Assembly: GCF_964355755.1 (NCBI RefSeq) | Contig: NC_092678.1 | Span: forward strand, 20,105,365-20,169,364 | Source: Antedon mediterranea | Lineage: Eukaryota > Animalia > Echinodermata | Length of the DNA stretch: 64,000 nucleotides | Direction of reading: 5' to 3' | Shown: piece after piece, positions 62,524 to 64,000 of the stretch | Layout of the letters: each line of letters starts with the position of its first letter | Numbering within the stretch: position 1 is the first letter of the stretch | Translations under genes and position numbers: made by a program | Notes under the pieces: model-generated | Database searches by the model: none | Seen by the model: the letters and a program-made list of their open reading frames with translations, nothing else | What the model was told of the DNA's origin: nothing

Positions 62524-63134
62524 TAAATTACCTGCACAGAAAATTGAAACACTGCATGGATAGTACAGATTTACTATATTCTTTATGGAATTTCATTGAT
62601 ATAGCGGCAGTTTTGTCAAAACCTTCTAATCTCTGAGAAAACAATAGACTCATCACAACCATGTAATACGAATTTGATTTGATTTCAACAACATTTTCTT
62701 ATTTCGTTGGTAAGAGGAATGAACAATGAATCATGGAAGATTGTAACGATTGAGATTATTGTGTAAATTGTCGTTTAATTAAGGCTTTTATGCACAAACA
62801 TTTTAAGAACTTTGCAGTATTGTATCATCATAATCTTCAAAATTACTGTATAATGCCTTGTCTTGTTTGTTACTGTGTTTTAGAGTATTAAAAGATTTTA
62901 TTATTAATTAGAACTAATTATTAATATTGTTTTGTTACGATTTTTCTATATGTTATGCAGTACGATACAACATTGTGGTTAAAATCTTGAGATGTACATA
63001 CAATTATTACGTTTGGGGAAATAGATATATTTAGAAGTTTTTATTTCTAGAAAACTTACTATGAACAGTACTGTAGTTTTGTTTGTACTTAGTAGGATAT
63101 TTATTTCACAGTTTGGCTTTTTCAATTTACTGTA

Positions 63135-63266
63135 AAGCAAACTAGTTTGATGTGCGCCCAAATATGATTGTAATATGCTCAAATATGGTAGTGCTATGAC
63201 ATCATCATGTCCGTATATGCACATCACATGTTTCTGTCACGTGACGTTTCATAGTGTAGACAGAGC
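63135..63266. mobile_element. MITE family A, partial
   Basis: Internal 21-bp units and right TIR ATAGTGTAGACAGAGC. Confidence 0.75.
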
Positions 63267-63602
63267 AACTCTCACAAAATGAGAATACACAATTCTTATC
63301 GATATGGTTCTATATTAGATATTATATCGTTTGAAAATTCCATGTGCTCCTGTGCTTGTCTGCTCAAACAAAATTTTGACGTCTGTGTACAGGTTTTATA
63401 TATATATATATTAATGCAACTCACCCGTTCAAGTTTTTATTTCTGGATGTTTGTGGCAGAAATCATAATTCATTTATTCGAAGGTGGCGCTCTTTATGGG
63501 TTTTTTTTTCAGTTTAGTTCCAGGACACAACGAAAGGACGTAAGCGCAACGCAAGCGAGTCGCCTGTGATTGGTTAAATCGCGTTCGGCTTATGTTTTTG
63601 CG

Positions 63603-63704
63603 TAGTCTGGGTTCCAGACGGAGTTTTGTCTTAATATCAAAAATCGCGGTCGAAATAAAAACAAATACATTAAAAAAAGACAATACAGACTTGGGGCAAG
63701 TCTA
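63603..63704 (+). mobile_element. 102-bp TAG...CTA element with a 9-bp TSD (AcademH-like) nested in a family B MITE (63516-63735)
   Basis: GTTTTTGCG|TAGTCTGGGTTCCAGAC...GCAAGTCTA|GTTTTTGCG. Confidence 0.75.
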
Positions 63705-64000
63705 GTTTTTGCGTTGCGTCTAGAAGTGGATACGAATAGGGGTTTTCATTTTGTGCGAGTACGACATTTGATTTGTTTAAACTTGCTGCTTGTTTTCTTG
63801 TAAAGTATTGTAAAATAAAATTGTCATAATCGCGATGGTGAAGTTAATATATTATACTATCGTGATGGAAATTATCCGGCAATTTTATTATTTACATGTT
63901 CATATAAATAAATGTTATTTAAAAATAAATGTGACTTAACTATTACGCCGCAAGTGTCGAATTTGTGTGATGTCATACTCATTGTAGGCTAGGCGATAGT

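Noticed and set aside
62183-62636. Three overlapping ORFs of 111-141 aa
   Set aside because: Products of a stop-free minisatellite.

Overview
AT-rich, repeat-dense eukaryotic DNA, most likely from an invertebrate animal (spliceosomal introns, MITE/SINE/LINE/Helentron debris, no prokaryotic signal). Four protein-coding genes are supported. (1) An intronless BTG1/2-type BTG/Tob gene (43-549, minus). (2, 3) Two diverged, co-oriented paralogues with a single coding exon, each encoding an unrecognised ~300-aa helical region plus a C-terminal MYND zinc finger (10247-11323 and 34271-35392, minus); each has a candidate 5'-UTR splice acceptor. (4) A three-exon TUSC2/FUS1 orthologue (49767-61804, plus) that the ORF track does not assemble; its last exon is preceded by two degenerate copies of itself. 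The rest is non-autonomous DNA transposons (Harbinger-, Kolobok-, Tc1/mariner-, hAT-, Helentron-, Crypton- and Academ-like, including a triple nest and a self-nest), LINE/SINE remnants and minisatellites, several made of transcription-factor-like motifs (CArG, CCAAT, ETS, CTCF-like, Fox, CRE). No CRISPR array or rRNA was seen, and no intact tRNA was recognised. All identifications were made by eye without searches, so transposon superfamily labels rest on termini and TSD patterns only.
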